NCBI GenBank assembly: GCA_963749495.1
Contig: CAVVMW010000010.1
Location: 480,001 to 544,000, forward strand
Length of the DNA stretch: 64,000 bases
Reading direction: 5' to 3'
Source of the DNA: an uncultured bacterium
GTDB lineage: Bacteria > Verrucomicrobiota > Verrucomicrobiia > Limisphaerales > UBA8199
The translations under genes and the position numbers were made by a program. Below are positions 32,388-43,814 of the stretch, piece by piece. The notes beneath the pieces were generated by a model. The model worked only from the letters and a program-made list of their open reading frames with translations, ran no database searches and was not told the DNA's origin. Position 1 is the stretch's first letter. Each line of letters starts with the position of its first letter.

Positions 32388-33489
32388 GCGGGGTCCGCGC
32401 GCGAGCTTGCAGCCGGCGCAAGGGCTGGGACGCCGGGCCATGGCCCTCCGGCTGGAGACGCTGGACCTGGCCAGGATTCACGAGCGGGCATCGATTACAC
32501 TGGTTTTGCCAAGCTGCTCCTCTGGCGCCCGGGAGGCGATGGTCCGGCGGGCGGGGGCCTTTTTTGCCGAGGCCATCATCCCGATCGAGAAGACTCACCG
32601 CACCGCGCGGGAGATCCACGCCCACCTGAGTCAACTCCGCGACACCTTGCGCCAGCGCAGCGTGGACCTGGCGGCCTCCAACCGGCAGTTGAAACAGGAA
32701 ATCGCCCAGCGCGAGTCGGTGGAGGATTCCCTCAGGAAAAGTGAGCGGCACTACGGCCAGTTGTTGGAGCAGTCGCGGCAGATGCAGGAACAATTGCGCC
32801 TGCTCTCCCACCAGCTTCTGTCGGCGCAGGAGGAAGAGCGCAAGAAGATCAGCCGCGAACTGCATGACGTCATCGCCCAGACTTTGACGGGCATCAATGT
32901 GCGCCTGGCGGCCTTGAAAAAAGCGGCCGCGCTCGACACCAAGGGCATCGAGCGAAACATCGCCCGCACGCAGCAGTTGGTAGAGCGCTCAGTGAACATC
33001 GTGCACCGGTTTGCCCGTGAATTGCGCCCGGCGGTGCTGGACGACCTGGGGTTGATTCCCGCCCTCCACACGTTCATGAAAAACTTCAGGGAGGAAACCG
33101 GCATCCAGGTCAGTTTGTCGGCCTTTGCCGCGGTTGAGCGAGTGAACGAGGACAAACGAACCGTGCTCTATCGCGTCGCCCAGGAAGCGCTCACCAATGT
33201 CGCCCGCCATGCCCAAGCCAGCCGGGCGGAAGTCAAAATTCAGAAACTGGATGATGCCATTTGCATGAAAATCAAAGACAACGGCAAAGGCTTTCAGACC
33301 GAACGTGTGTTGCACGGCAAAAGGAAAGGCCGATTGGGGCTGCTCGGCATGAGAGAACGATTGGAGATGGTCGGCGGCCATTTCGCCGTCACCTCCGCGC
33401 CGGGCAAAGGCGCCACCGTCGTTGCGCGAATTCCGCTAATTGACCGCAAGTCGCGGAGGGGCAGAAGGCGCGCTGATCGCGTTCGCTAG
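32326..33489 (+). CDS. Cytoplasmic NarX/HisKA_3-type sensor histidine kinase
   Basis: QEEERKKISRELHD, QEALTNVARHA, DNGKGF, GLLGMRER. Confidence 0.92.
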   Translation: MDHRLTGLSRAYQAALGNCLERGPRASLQPAQGLGRRAMALRLETLDLARIHERASITLVLPSCSSGAREAMVRRAGAFFAEAIIPIEKTHRTAREIHAHLSQLRDTLRQRSVDLAASNRQLKQEIAQRESVEDSLRKSERHYGQLLEQSRQMQEQLRLLSHQLLSAQEEERKKISRELHDVIAQTLTGINVRLAALKKAAALDTKGIERNIARTQQLVERSVNIVHRFARELRPAVLDDLGLIPALHTFMKNFREETGIQVSLSAFAAVERVNEDKRTVLYRVAQEALTNVARHAQASRAEVKIQKLDDAICMKIKDNGKGFQTERVLHGKRKGRLGLLGMRERLEMVGGHFAVTSAPGKGATVVARIPLIDRKSRRGRRRADRVR

Positions 33490-33507
33490 AACCGAACTTT
33501 GATTACT

Positions 33508-34185
33508 ATGAAACGAATTGCCGTCCTGCTGGCGGAAGATCATCAGGTCGTCCGAGAGGGCTTCCGGTTGTTATTGGAACACGAACCCGACATCGAGGTG
33601 GTCGGCGAAGCGGCCACCGGCCGCGAGGCCGTGCAACTGACCCGGAAACTTCGTCCCGCCGTGGTCGTGATGGACATCGCGATGCCGCTGCTCAACGGGT
33701 TGGAAGCCACACGGCAGATTCGCAAAGACTTTCCCGACACCAAGGTGCTCATTCTCTCCGCGCACAGTGATGAGGCTTACGTCGAGCAAGTGACCGAGTT
33801 AGGCGCCGCGGGCTTTTTGCTCAAACAAACCTCCTCACACGATCTGGCCACGGCGATTCGCGAGGTCCAGAAGGGAAACACGTTTTTCGCCGCTGCGTTG
33901 TCCGGGCCCCTCGAGGGTCGCGATCAGAAGCCGATCGAGCGAGCGGGACAACTCAAGAAGAAAAGCAACCGCCTCAGTTCGCGCGAGGCCGAGGTGCTCC
34001 AACTCATTGCCGAGGGCAAGCCCAACAAACAAGTTGCCGCGGAACTGGGCGTGAGCTTCAAAACGGTGGACAAACATCGGCAGCATCTCATGGCGAAGCT
34101 CAACATCCATGACGTTGCGGGCCTCACCCGTTACGCTATCAGCGCGGGAATCATCGAGAGCAGCGTCCCGGTGACCATCGTCTAA
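33508..34185 (+). CDS. NarL/LuxR-family response regulator
   Basis: REC + LSSREAEVLQLIAEG...KTVDKHR HTH. Confidence 0.93.
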   Translation: MKRIAVLLAEDHQVVREGFRLLLEHEPDIEVVGEAATGREAVQLTRKLRPAVVVMDIAMPLLNGLEATRQIRKDFPDTKVLILSAHSDEAYVEQVTELGAAGFLLKQTSSHDLATAIREVQKGNTFFAAALSGPLEGRDQKPIERAGQLKKKSNRLSSREAEVLQLIAEGKPNKQVAAELGVSFKTVDKHRQHLMAKLNIHDVAGLTRYAISAGIIESSVPVTIV

Positions 34186-34231
34186 CCCCGGCGCCTTGCC
34201 GGGGTGTTCGTGACTGTTCAGGCTGCGCCTC

Positions 34232-34298
34232 GGAGCGCGGACGCCTCGTCCGCGCGTGCCCCGCGGCAAGAGACACGCGGACGAGGCGTCCGCGCTCC
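34232..34298. repeat. REP-like hairpin / possible terminator
   Basis: GGAGCGCGGACGCCTCGTCCGCG...CGCGGACGAGGCGTCCGCGCTCC. Confidence 0.7.
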
Positions 34299-37200
34299 TA
34301 TGCCGCGGCGCTTTTCACAATGACCTGAACAGTTACGGCTGTTCTTCTTCCCGCCAAGTCCAACCTGTAGCCACCCCGGCATGCAGCGTCGGGCTGGACT
34401 TATGAAACCCCAGGTGGGGGGAAACACCCCGCGGTCAACCCCCTTCTAGGCGCATGGTCGCTGTGCTTATTCTTGCTCCGTGCAAAATCCCCGAATCCTG
34501 CAAAGTGCAGGGCCAGCCGCCGCACAAGCTCGATACGGAACCGATCCGCCCCGGCGCAGCCTCGTGGTCGATAGCGGCCTTGGCACCCGCCAATCGAGCG
34601 CCGAAGTGCTGATTCGCTGTGAAACGCATTTGTCTCTGAAGAACACTTCCATGAACTGCAAACAGAATCAGGCTGCGTATGCCGCTTCTGAGTGCCAACT
34701 GTAAAACCCCCTGATCTCCCCAACTTCGCACCATTGAGTCCGACACATCATCACAACCAACAGATATGAATACCTTAATCCAACAGCCTGAGCGGAATGG
34801 CATCGTTCAACCGTCAGGTGATTCGTCCCAGACCGAGATGACCTCGCGCGCTTGGCGGGGACCGCCCGGTCGTTTCACCTGGGCTTGTGGCAGCGTTCGA
34901 CCCTCAAGTGATTCGCCCCGGAGCGAGGCGACGTTGTCCGTCTGGCGCGGACCGGCCGGTCGCTTCACATGGGCGGGGCTGCTGGCGGGACTGGCGCTTC
35001 TGCTCCTGGGAGCCCCTGCGGCCTTCGCGCAGAGAAGTCCGCCCGGATGCACCGGGAGCGGTCTGGGGATCAACCTTTTCACGAGCCTTCCTGACGTGCA
35101 CATCGGCGACACGATCTATTACAGTGTAGAGGTGCGCAACGCGCCCTTCCCCGCCTGCGATGCCGGCGAGACCAATCCGGCGGCCGCCGGCGCGATTCAA
35201 GCGTTCGTGGTCACGCCGGATGGGGTCACCAACAACCTCACGTTGCGGCGAACGTTTCTGGCTCCAGGCGACTCGGATTTCTATACCAACGTCGTCAGTT
35301 ATGTCGTCCGCGCCCAGGACATTCTGCCCGATGGCACGGTGCGCGCCACGGCGGCGGACGAAGGTGACATTTGGCAAAACGCCACCCACAGCCGCGGTGG
35401 CGGCAACCAGGGCGTGAACACGGAGGTCAACCTGCCCTGCGTCCGGCTCATCGCGCAGTGCGTCGGCGGTGTGGGAGAAAACGGCGCGATTACCTTCACC
35501 GGCACGGTGACCAATTGCGGCAACAACACGCTGGTTGGAGTGACGGTCACGAATTTTTACGACAGTGGATTTTACACGGTGCTGTTTCCCACCAACCTGG
35601 CCATCGGGCAGGCCGCCGCGTTTAGCGGAAGCTGGGTCCCGTTGAATCCTTGTGTTCCGAGCACGGCCACACTGACCGTCCTGGCCACCGACCAATTCAC
35701 GGCCACTCCGCGGACGGTGACCAGTTCCAACACCATCACCTGTCAGGACACGCTGACTCCGGGGATCAACGTGACCAAGGCGTGTCCCGCGCAGCCGGTC
35801 GCTCCGGGCCAGTTGCTCACTTATTCAGGCAGCGTCAGCAACACCGGCAACGTGACGTTGACGAACATCGTTGTGGTCAACAATCAACCGTCTCCCAACA
35901 CGCCCGTGTTCACGCGCGCGAGCCTGGCGCCGGGCGAGGTGGCCAACTTCAGCGGCAGCTATCTGGCGCCAACCAATTGCTCCGTGGCCGACACCCTGAC
36001 CGCCACCGCGACCAGCCGCTGCGGGGCGGCGGTCAACAATTCTGCCAGTGCAACCTGTCCGATCCTGACGACGCCCCAGATTACGGTCACGGCGGCTTGT
36101 CCGGCCAGCCCGGTATTGCCTGGCGGTTCGCTCACCTATAGCGGCACGGTGCAGAACACCGGCAACATCACCTTGAGCAACGTGGTCGTGGTCAGTGACC
36201 GGCCCGCGCCCAACACGACGGTGTTCACAACGGCTGCGTTGGCGCCCGGCGCGTCCGCCAACTTCACCGGCACTTACACCGTTCCGACCAACGCCTGCTC
36301 GGTCACCACCACCTTCAGCGGAACCGGCAAGGGCATTTGCAGCCCTAACATGGTCACGAATACCGTTTCAACCACCTGTGCCATCACCACGGCCCCGGCC
36401 ATCGCGGTCTCGCTGGCGTGTCCGGCGGTGTCCGCCAGCGCGGGCGGTCCGATCACTTACACCGGCACGGTCCGCAATTCGGGCAACGTCACGCTCAACA
36501 ATGTGTTGGTCGTAAACAACCAACCGGGGCCCAACACGCCGGTCATTGGCCCGCTGACACTGGCACCGGGCGCCTCCAACCCCTTCACCTTCACCTTCAC
36601 CGCGCCCATCGATGCCTGCTCGGTTAGCAGCGCGGTGACAGCCAGCGGCAGCGACAACTGCACCGCGCTCCTGGTGACGAACACCGCCTCGGCCACCTGC
36701 ACGCTGGTCACCACGCCGAGCATCGCGGTCACCCAGGTCTGCCCGGCCAATCCGGCGATTCCCGGCGGGCTGCTGACCTACAGCGGCACGGTGAGCAACC
36801 CGGGCAACGTCACGCTCACCAACGTGGTGGTGATGAATAATCTGAGCGGCGCCACGCCGGTCTTCACGACCGCCACGCTGGCGCCGGGCGCCGCCGCCAA
36901 TTTCACCGGCAGCTACCTGGCGCCGACCAATTGCTCCGCCACGAGCACCACGACCGCCACCGGCCGGAGCATCTGCGATGCCGCCGTCACCGCCACGGCG
37001 AGCGCAACCTGTCCGATTTTGATTACGCCGCAGATCGCGGTGACGGCGGTTTGTCCGGCCACCCCGGTCTTGCCCGGCGGTTTGCTCACTTATAGCGGCA
37101 CGGTGCAGAACACCGGCAACTTCACCTTGACCAACGTGGTCGTGGTCAGCGATCGGCCCGCAGCCAACACGACCGTGCTCACGGTTGCCAAGCTGGCGTC

Positions 37201-40200
37201 CGGCGCTTCCACCAACTTCACGGGCACTTACACCGTTCCGGTTGGCGCCTGCTCGGTCACCACCACCTTCAGCGGAACCGGCAAGGACCTTTGCACCGCC
37301 ACAACGGTCACGAACACCGTTTTGACAATCTGCACGGTCACCACGGCCCCGGCCATCGGAGTCACGCTGGCGTGTCCGCCGGTGTCCCCCAGCGCAGGCG
37401 GTCCGGTCACTTACACCGGCACGGTCCGCAATTCGGGCAACGTCACGCTGAACAATGTGTTGGTCGTGAACAACCAAGCGGGGCCCAACCCGCCGGTCAT
37501 TGGTCCGCTGACGCTCGCGCCGGGCGCCTCCAACACCTTCACCTTCACCTTCACCGCGCCCATCGATGCCTGCTCGGTTAGCAGCACGGTGACAGCCAGC
37601 GGCAGCGACAACTGCACCGCGCTGCTGGTCACGAACACCGCCTCGGCCACCTGCACGCTGGTCACCACGCCGAGCATCGCGGTCACCCAGGTCTGCCCGG
37701 TCAATCCGGCGATTCCCGGCGGGCTGCTGACTTACAGCGGCACGGTGAGCAACCCGGGCAACGTCACGCTCACCAACGTGGTGGTGATGAATAATCTGAG
37801 CGGCGCCACGCCGGTCTTCACGACCGCCACGCTGGCGCCGGGCGCCGCCGCCAATTTCACCGGCAGCTACCTGGCGCCGACCAATTGCTCGACCACAAGC
37901 ACCACGACCGCCACCGGCCGGAGCATCTGCGGTGTCGCCGTCACCGCCACGGCGAGCGCGACCTGTCCGATTCTGACAGCGCCGGCCATCGTCGTGACCC
38001 AAGCCTGTCCCCCCACGCCGGTGCTGCAGGGCGGCATCCTGACCTACAGCGGCACGGTCAGCAATGCGGGCAACATCACGTTGACCAACATCATCGTGGT
38101 CAACAATTGGCCCGTGTCCAACATGGTCGTCTTCACCGCGGCTTCCCTGGCGCCGGGGGCCGTGACGAACTTCACGGGCAGCTACGTGGTGCCCAAAAAC
38201 TGCTGCGTGGCCTGGAGCACCGTCGAGGCTAGCGGCCAAGGCTGCGACGGAGCTACGGTCACCGACACCGATTCGGGCACTTGCACGGTGTTGACCTCGC
38301 CGCGCATCGTCGTGACCAAAGTGTGCGCCCCCACGGCTTTGCGGCCGGGAGACGTTTTGGTGTATAGCGGCACGGTGAGCAATGCCGGCAACATCAACCT
38401 GGTCAACGTGACCATCGTGGACAGTGAACCGGCCGCCGGTTCGCCCGTATTGGGACCCATCACCCTGGCGCCCGGTGAACCGGTGAGCTACTACGCGTCG
38501 TACCTCGTGCCGCCTGATTTCTGCGGCGCGGACACGGTCACGGCGAGCGGTCTGGACGCCTGCGGCCTCGCCCCCGTGGCCAACAGCGCGACGACCACTT
38601 GTCCCATTATCACCTCCCCGCGCATCGCCGTCACCAAGCTCTGCCCGCCGCTGCCCACGCCGCACGGTGGCCAGTTGATTTTCTCCGGCACGGTCAGCAA
38701 TGTGGGGAATGTCACGCTGGTCAATGTCTTCGTCGTCAACGACCAGCCCAGCAACAACACGCCGGTCATCGGCCCGATCACCCTGGCGCCGGGGGCTCCT
38801 TTGACTTTACCGGCAGTTATACCGTTGCACCGCTTTGTTGCGAGATGACCGGCACCCTCACCGCGCGCGGCCAGGACCGGTGCACGGGCAGCAACGTGAG
38901 CGCCACCGCCACGGCCATTTGTCCGATGCTCTACACGCCGAGAATCGCCGTGGTGCAGAACTGCCCGCCGAATCCGATGCCCATGGGAGGCGTCTATGTG
39001 TTCACCGGCTTCGTCACCAACACGGGTGACGCCATCTTGACGAATGTCGTCGTGTTCAGCAGCGAGGCGGGCCAGAACCTGCCCTTGCTGGGACCCCTTG
39101 ACCTGGCTCCGGGTCAATCGGAGCAATACACCGGCAGCGTGATTGTTGCTTCCAACATCTGCGCGGTCACCATCACTGCCGCCAGCCAGGAAACTTGCAG
39201 GGGCACCTGGATAACCAACACGACCGCCTGCCCCGTCGCCACAACTCCAGGCATTGCGATCACCCAGAGCTGCCCGCCAAACCCGGTGAGTCCGGGCGGC
39301 CTGCTCACTTACAGCGGCAGCGTCCGCAATGCGGGCAATATTACCTTGACCGACATCGTAGTGACCAATGATCGAAGCGGGGCCGCGCCGGTCTTGACTG
39401 TCGCCTCGCTGGCGCCCGGCGCATCCGCCACTTTCACCGGCAGTTACACTGCGCCCGCGAGTGGTGAGGCGACGAGCACCGCGACCGTCCGCGCCTCGAG
39501 CCTTTGCAATGTGGCGGTGACGAATAGCGCCAGTTCGGCTTGCCCCCTCCTGACCTCGCCCGGAATTGCGATTACCAAGGCCTGCCCGCCTCAGCCGGTT
39601 GCAGCAGGAGGAACGCTGGTGTTTACGGGCACCGTCACCAATACGGGCACCGTCACTCTGACTAATGTCCTCGTGGTTGACAATGAGCCGGCTCCGAACA
39701 CTCCGGTGTTGGGGCCGATTACACTGGCACCCGGCGCGGGAACCAACTTTGCGGCCAGTTACACTGTCGCTCTTGACGCTTGCGCCAGCACCGACACCCT
39801 GATCGCCACCGGCAATGACAATAGCACCGGCGCCGCGGTCACGAGCAGCGTTTCGGCCACCTGTCCGATCATCACCATTCCGAGCATTGCCATCACACTG
39901 AATTGCCCGCCAAGCCCGGTGAGTCCGGGCGGCCTGCTCACTTACAGCGGCAGCGTCCGCAATGCGGGCAGTATTGCCTTGATCGACATCGTCGTGACCA
40001 ATGACCGCAACGGGGCCGCGCCGGTCTTGACTCTCGCCTCGTTGGCGCCCGGCTCATCCGCCCCTTTCAGCGGCAGTTACACGGTGCCCGCGAGTGGTGA
40101 GGCGACGAGCACCGCGACTGTCCGCGCCTCGAGCCTTTGCAATGTGGCGGTGACGAATAGCGCCAGTTCGGCTTGCCCCCTCCTGACCTCGCCCGGAATT

Positions 40201-41886
40201 GCGATTACCAAGGCCTGCCCGCCTCAGCCGGTTGCGGCAGGAGGAACGCTGGTGTTTACGGGCACCGTCACCAATACGGGCACCGTCACTCTGACTAATG
40301 TCCTCGTGGTTGACAATGAGCCGGCTGCCGAACACTCCGGTGTTGGGGCCGATTACACTGGCACCCGGCGCGGGAACCAACTTTGCGGCCGGTTACACTG
40401 TGGCTCCTGACGCTTGCGCCAGCACCGACACCCTGATCGCCACCGGCAATGACAATAGCACCGGCGCCGCGGTCACAAATAGCGTTTCCGTTACCTGTCC
40501 GATCATCACCATTCCGAACATTGCCATCACACTGAATTGCCCGCCAAACCCCGTAAGTCCGGGCGGCCTGCTCACTTAGAGCGGCAGCGTCCGCAATGCG
40601 GGCAGTATTACCTTGATCGACATCGTCGTGACCAATGACCGCAGCGGGGCCGCGCCGGTCTTGACTCTGGCCTCGCTGGCGCCCGGCACATCCGCCCCTT
40701 TCACCGGCAGTTACACGGTGTCCGCGAGTGGTGACGCGACGAGCACCGCGACTGTCACCGCCGCGACCCTTTGCAATGTAGCGGTGGTGAATAGCGCCAG
40801 TTCGGCTTGCCCCATCGTGACCTCGCCCGGAATTGCGATTACCAAGGCCTGCCCGCCCGTGCCGGTTACGCCGGGAGCAACACTCCTGTTCACGGGCACC
40901 ATCACCAATACGGGCAATGTCACTCTGACCAATGTCGTCGTGGTCGATAACCAGCCGGCGGCCAACACCCCGGTGTTAGGCCCCGTTACGCTGCCGCCCG
41001 GAACGGGAACCAACTTCACCGGCAGCTACTTCGTGCCACTGGGCACCTGTTCCTCGGCAGACACGCTGACTGTCACTGCCAACGACGCCAGCACCGCCAT
41101 CCCAATAACCAACGCCGTCTCGGCCAACTGCACGCTGACTACCACGCCGAGCATCAGCATCACGGAGAGTTGCCCGCCAGGCCCGGTGTCTGCCGGCAGT
41201 TCCGTGGACTTCGGAGGATTGGTCAGCAACAACGGCAACATCACGTTGACAAACGTCCTCGTGGTCAGCGGCCAGCCGAGCAACAACACTCCGCTCCTTG
41301 GCCCGATCACGCTCGCCCCCGGGGCCTCCGCGCCGTTCACGGGCAGCTACATCGCCATCGGTGGCTCCAACCCGACAACCAACTCGACCATTGTGACCAA
41401 CATCAGTGGCACCATCACGACGAACGTTGACACCGTCATTACCACGAACACCACGGTCACCGTCACGACGAATGCGCCGGCCCCGATGTCGTTTGGAACC
41501 ATCAATTCCGTCTCCCAGGCCGTTGTTGATCGTTTCGTCATCGGCACCGGTTTCAGTGGGCTGACTTACGCCGGCGAGGATCATGGCTATGGAGCGACTG
41601 AGTTTTACTCGATGCGCAAAGACGCCACCGGCGAGTCCTTCTTTGACACCATCACCGCCAGCACGGCAACCACCACGGATCGCTTCGATGCCAGCAATCG
41701 AAACTTCGATGCGCTGACTTATGCAGCCCCTAACTGACATTTTGGCGATAATTTGCGTAAGGTTTTGCCGCTGTAGTTGGTGGTTTTGCGCTAGATTCGC
41801 TTGGTTTTGTCTTTGGGAGGCGCCTAAATCTCAGTTGGCCGATCTCCGGGGTGAGGTTGGGGATGACCCTCTGGGCCGAATGGCGC

Positions 41887-42234
41887 CTACACAAGCCCTA
41901 GAACCTTTTTGCTGAGTTGCTTGCGGCGCTTTGGATTGGGGAGAGAGGTGAAGAGCTCCTCCCGGCTGAGGCGTTGCATCTGGCGGAGAGTTTCCTGGAG
42001 AGTGCGCCAATTAGCAATCGCCTGCTTAAGCCACTCATACTGCTCCTTGGACAAAGCGACGCAAATGGTCTTGGCTTTGACTTTGCGGGTCCACGCATAG
42101 CAGGCGCTCCCAGCTCCTAGTCTCCGAGCTTGAACATAGCCTTCGCTAATCCACCCGGCGTTGGCCAGTCGAACTCGAAGCCGGGCGTATTCCTTTTGGC
42201 GGGCGGAGGCTGACGAGATGTTTTGTGTTTGCAT
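41887..42234 (-). CDS. Small IS-borne accessory protein (DUF6788-like)
   Basis: WISEGYV...YAWTRKVKAKTICVALSKEQY; identical protein in second IS copy. Confidence 0.65.
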   Translation of the reverse strand: MQTQNISSASARQKEYARLRVRLANAGWISEGYVQARRLGAGSACYAWTRKVKAKTICVALSKEQYEWLKQAIANWRTLQETLRQMQRLSREELFTSLPNPKRRKQLSKKVLGLV

Positions 42235-42284
42235 GAATAAAAAGAGTAGCAGGCGTGTCAATATTTAGGTATATATACCTTAAT

Positions 42285-43814
42285 ATGCAGGCAAAAACCA
42301 AAGCTTCCGCTTCCAAACCCCAAACCCAGAGGGGCGACCGCCAGCCCCGTTCCTATACCCCCTTGTCCGATGCCCTCAGTCAACCCTTGACCTTCGTCGA
42401 CACCGAACTGGCCGAGGGCATTCAGCGTCACTCCCTGGTCGGGTCGCTGGCCGCAGCCATGAGCCGCAAGCGCCGCTCCGATGGAGAGCCCCTGGTCAAT
42501 GTGCTTTGTGCCCTGTTGGTGTGGCCGCTCTTGAAAGTCAAATCGCTCCACTGCTTTTGCGCCGAACTGTGCCAGATCCTGGCCGGCCACGTCAGCGTGC
42601 TCTACGATTTGCTGGGCCGGGAGGACATCAACTGGCGCGGTTTGTCCAGCGAACTGGCCTGGCGGGTCCATCAAGACAACGAACTGGGTCCACGCTCCCA
42701 GCGCGCCTTTGTGGTCGATGACACCAGCCAGGCCCGTGCGGGCCGCAAGGTCGAAGGCACCAGTTGCTACTACGACCATACCCAGGGCCGCAACCGGAAG
42801 GGACACCAAGTGCTGCAACTGGGGCTGGCCGGAGAAAAGGGATTCCTGCCGGTGGAGGCCCAGATCGTCATGGGGGAAAAGTGTGCCGTCGATAAGCCCA
42901 AGGACAAACCCTTCCACGACCAGCGCAGTTCGGCCGCGCGGGATCTGCGCCGGGCCAAGACGCAAACCAAACACCAACTGTTCCGGGACATGCTCCAGCG
43001 CGCTCTGCGGGCCGGCTTTAGCGCCTGGTATGTCTTGAGCGACGCGTGGTTCGGGTGCAAGGAGAACATTCTCTGCTGCCTGGAGAACAAGCTGGTCGGC
43101 ATCTTTCAAATGAAGCGCGGCAATTTGGCGTATGAGTACCGAGGCCGCAGCTACACCGCCAGCCAGTTGTATACGCTGGTCCAGCGACGGATGCGGCCCA
43201 GCAATCACCGGGCCCGATATAAGACGGCCAGCCTTGTCGTGAGCCTCAACCTGGCAACGGAGCCCAGCCAACCCGCCCATTGGGTCGAGGTGCGCCTGGT
43301 CTTCAGCGCTCCGGTTCGCGCACGCTCCGCCGACACCTGGGTCGTCTTTCTCTGCACGGACGTGACGCTGAGCGACGCCAAAATCCTGGAAGTCTACGCG
43401 CTCCGTTGGTCGATCGAGGTTTACTTTAAGGAGATCAAACAGAACCTCGGTTTCTTGAAGGAACAGAGCGGACGTTATCAGTTGGCTTACGCCTCCGTGC
43501 ATCTGGCCGCCTTGCGTTATCTGCTCCTCTTTGAGGCGATGCTCCGCAGTGGGCAGTTGAGCTACGGGCAAATTCGGGATCGGGAAAGCGGGCGCTTGCA
43601 GACCCTCACTTACGCCGCCTTGCTCTGGCACCTGTTTCGCGCACTCATTGAAGGAGCGCTCGAAGGGCTGGTAAGAGATTTGGGCCGGAAGGTTGTTCGA
43701 AGGGTCTTAACCACAATTGACCAGACCGTGGAGGCATTTCTCAATGACGCCTTACAAATGAATCCAGAGCAGGTCTCGGTTCAATTGAAGGCTGAACAGT
43801 TGGGCTATTTGTGA
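42285..43814 (+). CDS. DDE transposase, IS4-superfamily
   Basis: FVVDDT, LSDAWF, YALRWSIEVYFKEIKQNLG. Confidence 0.93.
   Translation: MQAKTKASASKPQTQRGDRQPRSYTPLSDALSQPLTFVDTELAEGIQRHSLVGSLAAAMSRKRRSDGEPLVNVLCALLVWPLLKVKSLHCFCAELCQILAGHVSVLYDLLGREDINWRGLSSELAWRVHQDNELGPRSQRAFVVDDTSQARAGRKVEGTSCYYDHTQGRNRKGHQVLQLGLAGEKGFLPVEAQIVMGEKCAVDKPKDKPFHDQRSSAARDLRRAKTQTKHQLFRDMLQRALRAGFSAWYVLSDAWFGCKENILCCLENKLVGIFQMKRGNLAYEYRGRSYTASQLYTLVQRRMRPSNHRARYKTASLVVSLNLATEPSQPAHWVEVRLVFSAPVRARSADTWVVFLCTDVTLSDAKILEVYALRWSIEVYFKEIKQNLGFLKEQSGRYQLAYASVHLAALRYLLLFEAMLRSGQLSYGQIRDRESGRLQTLTYAALLWHLFRALIEGALEGLVRDLGRKVVRRVLTTIDQTVEAFLNDALQMNPEQVSVQLKAEQLGYL

Noticed and set aside
34499..34620. Ninth sigma54 module before the giant gene
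   Set aside because: One TGCAAAGTGCA site is present, but there is no partner at 31 bp and no correctly spaced GG-N10-GC.
36368..38665. 765-aa minus-strand ORF and similar long antisense ORFs
   Set aside because: Shadow frames of GC-rich sense-strand genes.
36050..40900. DGR template/variable repeat pair in the giant gene
   Set aside because: Repeats are in-frame domain duplications, differences are not evidently adenine-specific, and no RT is present.
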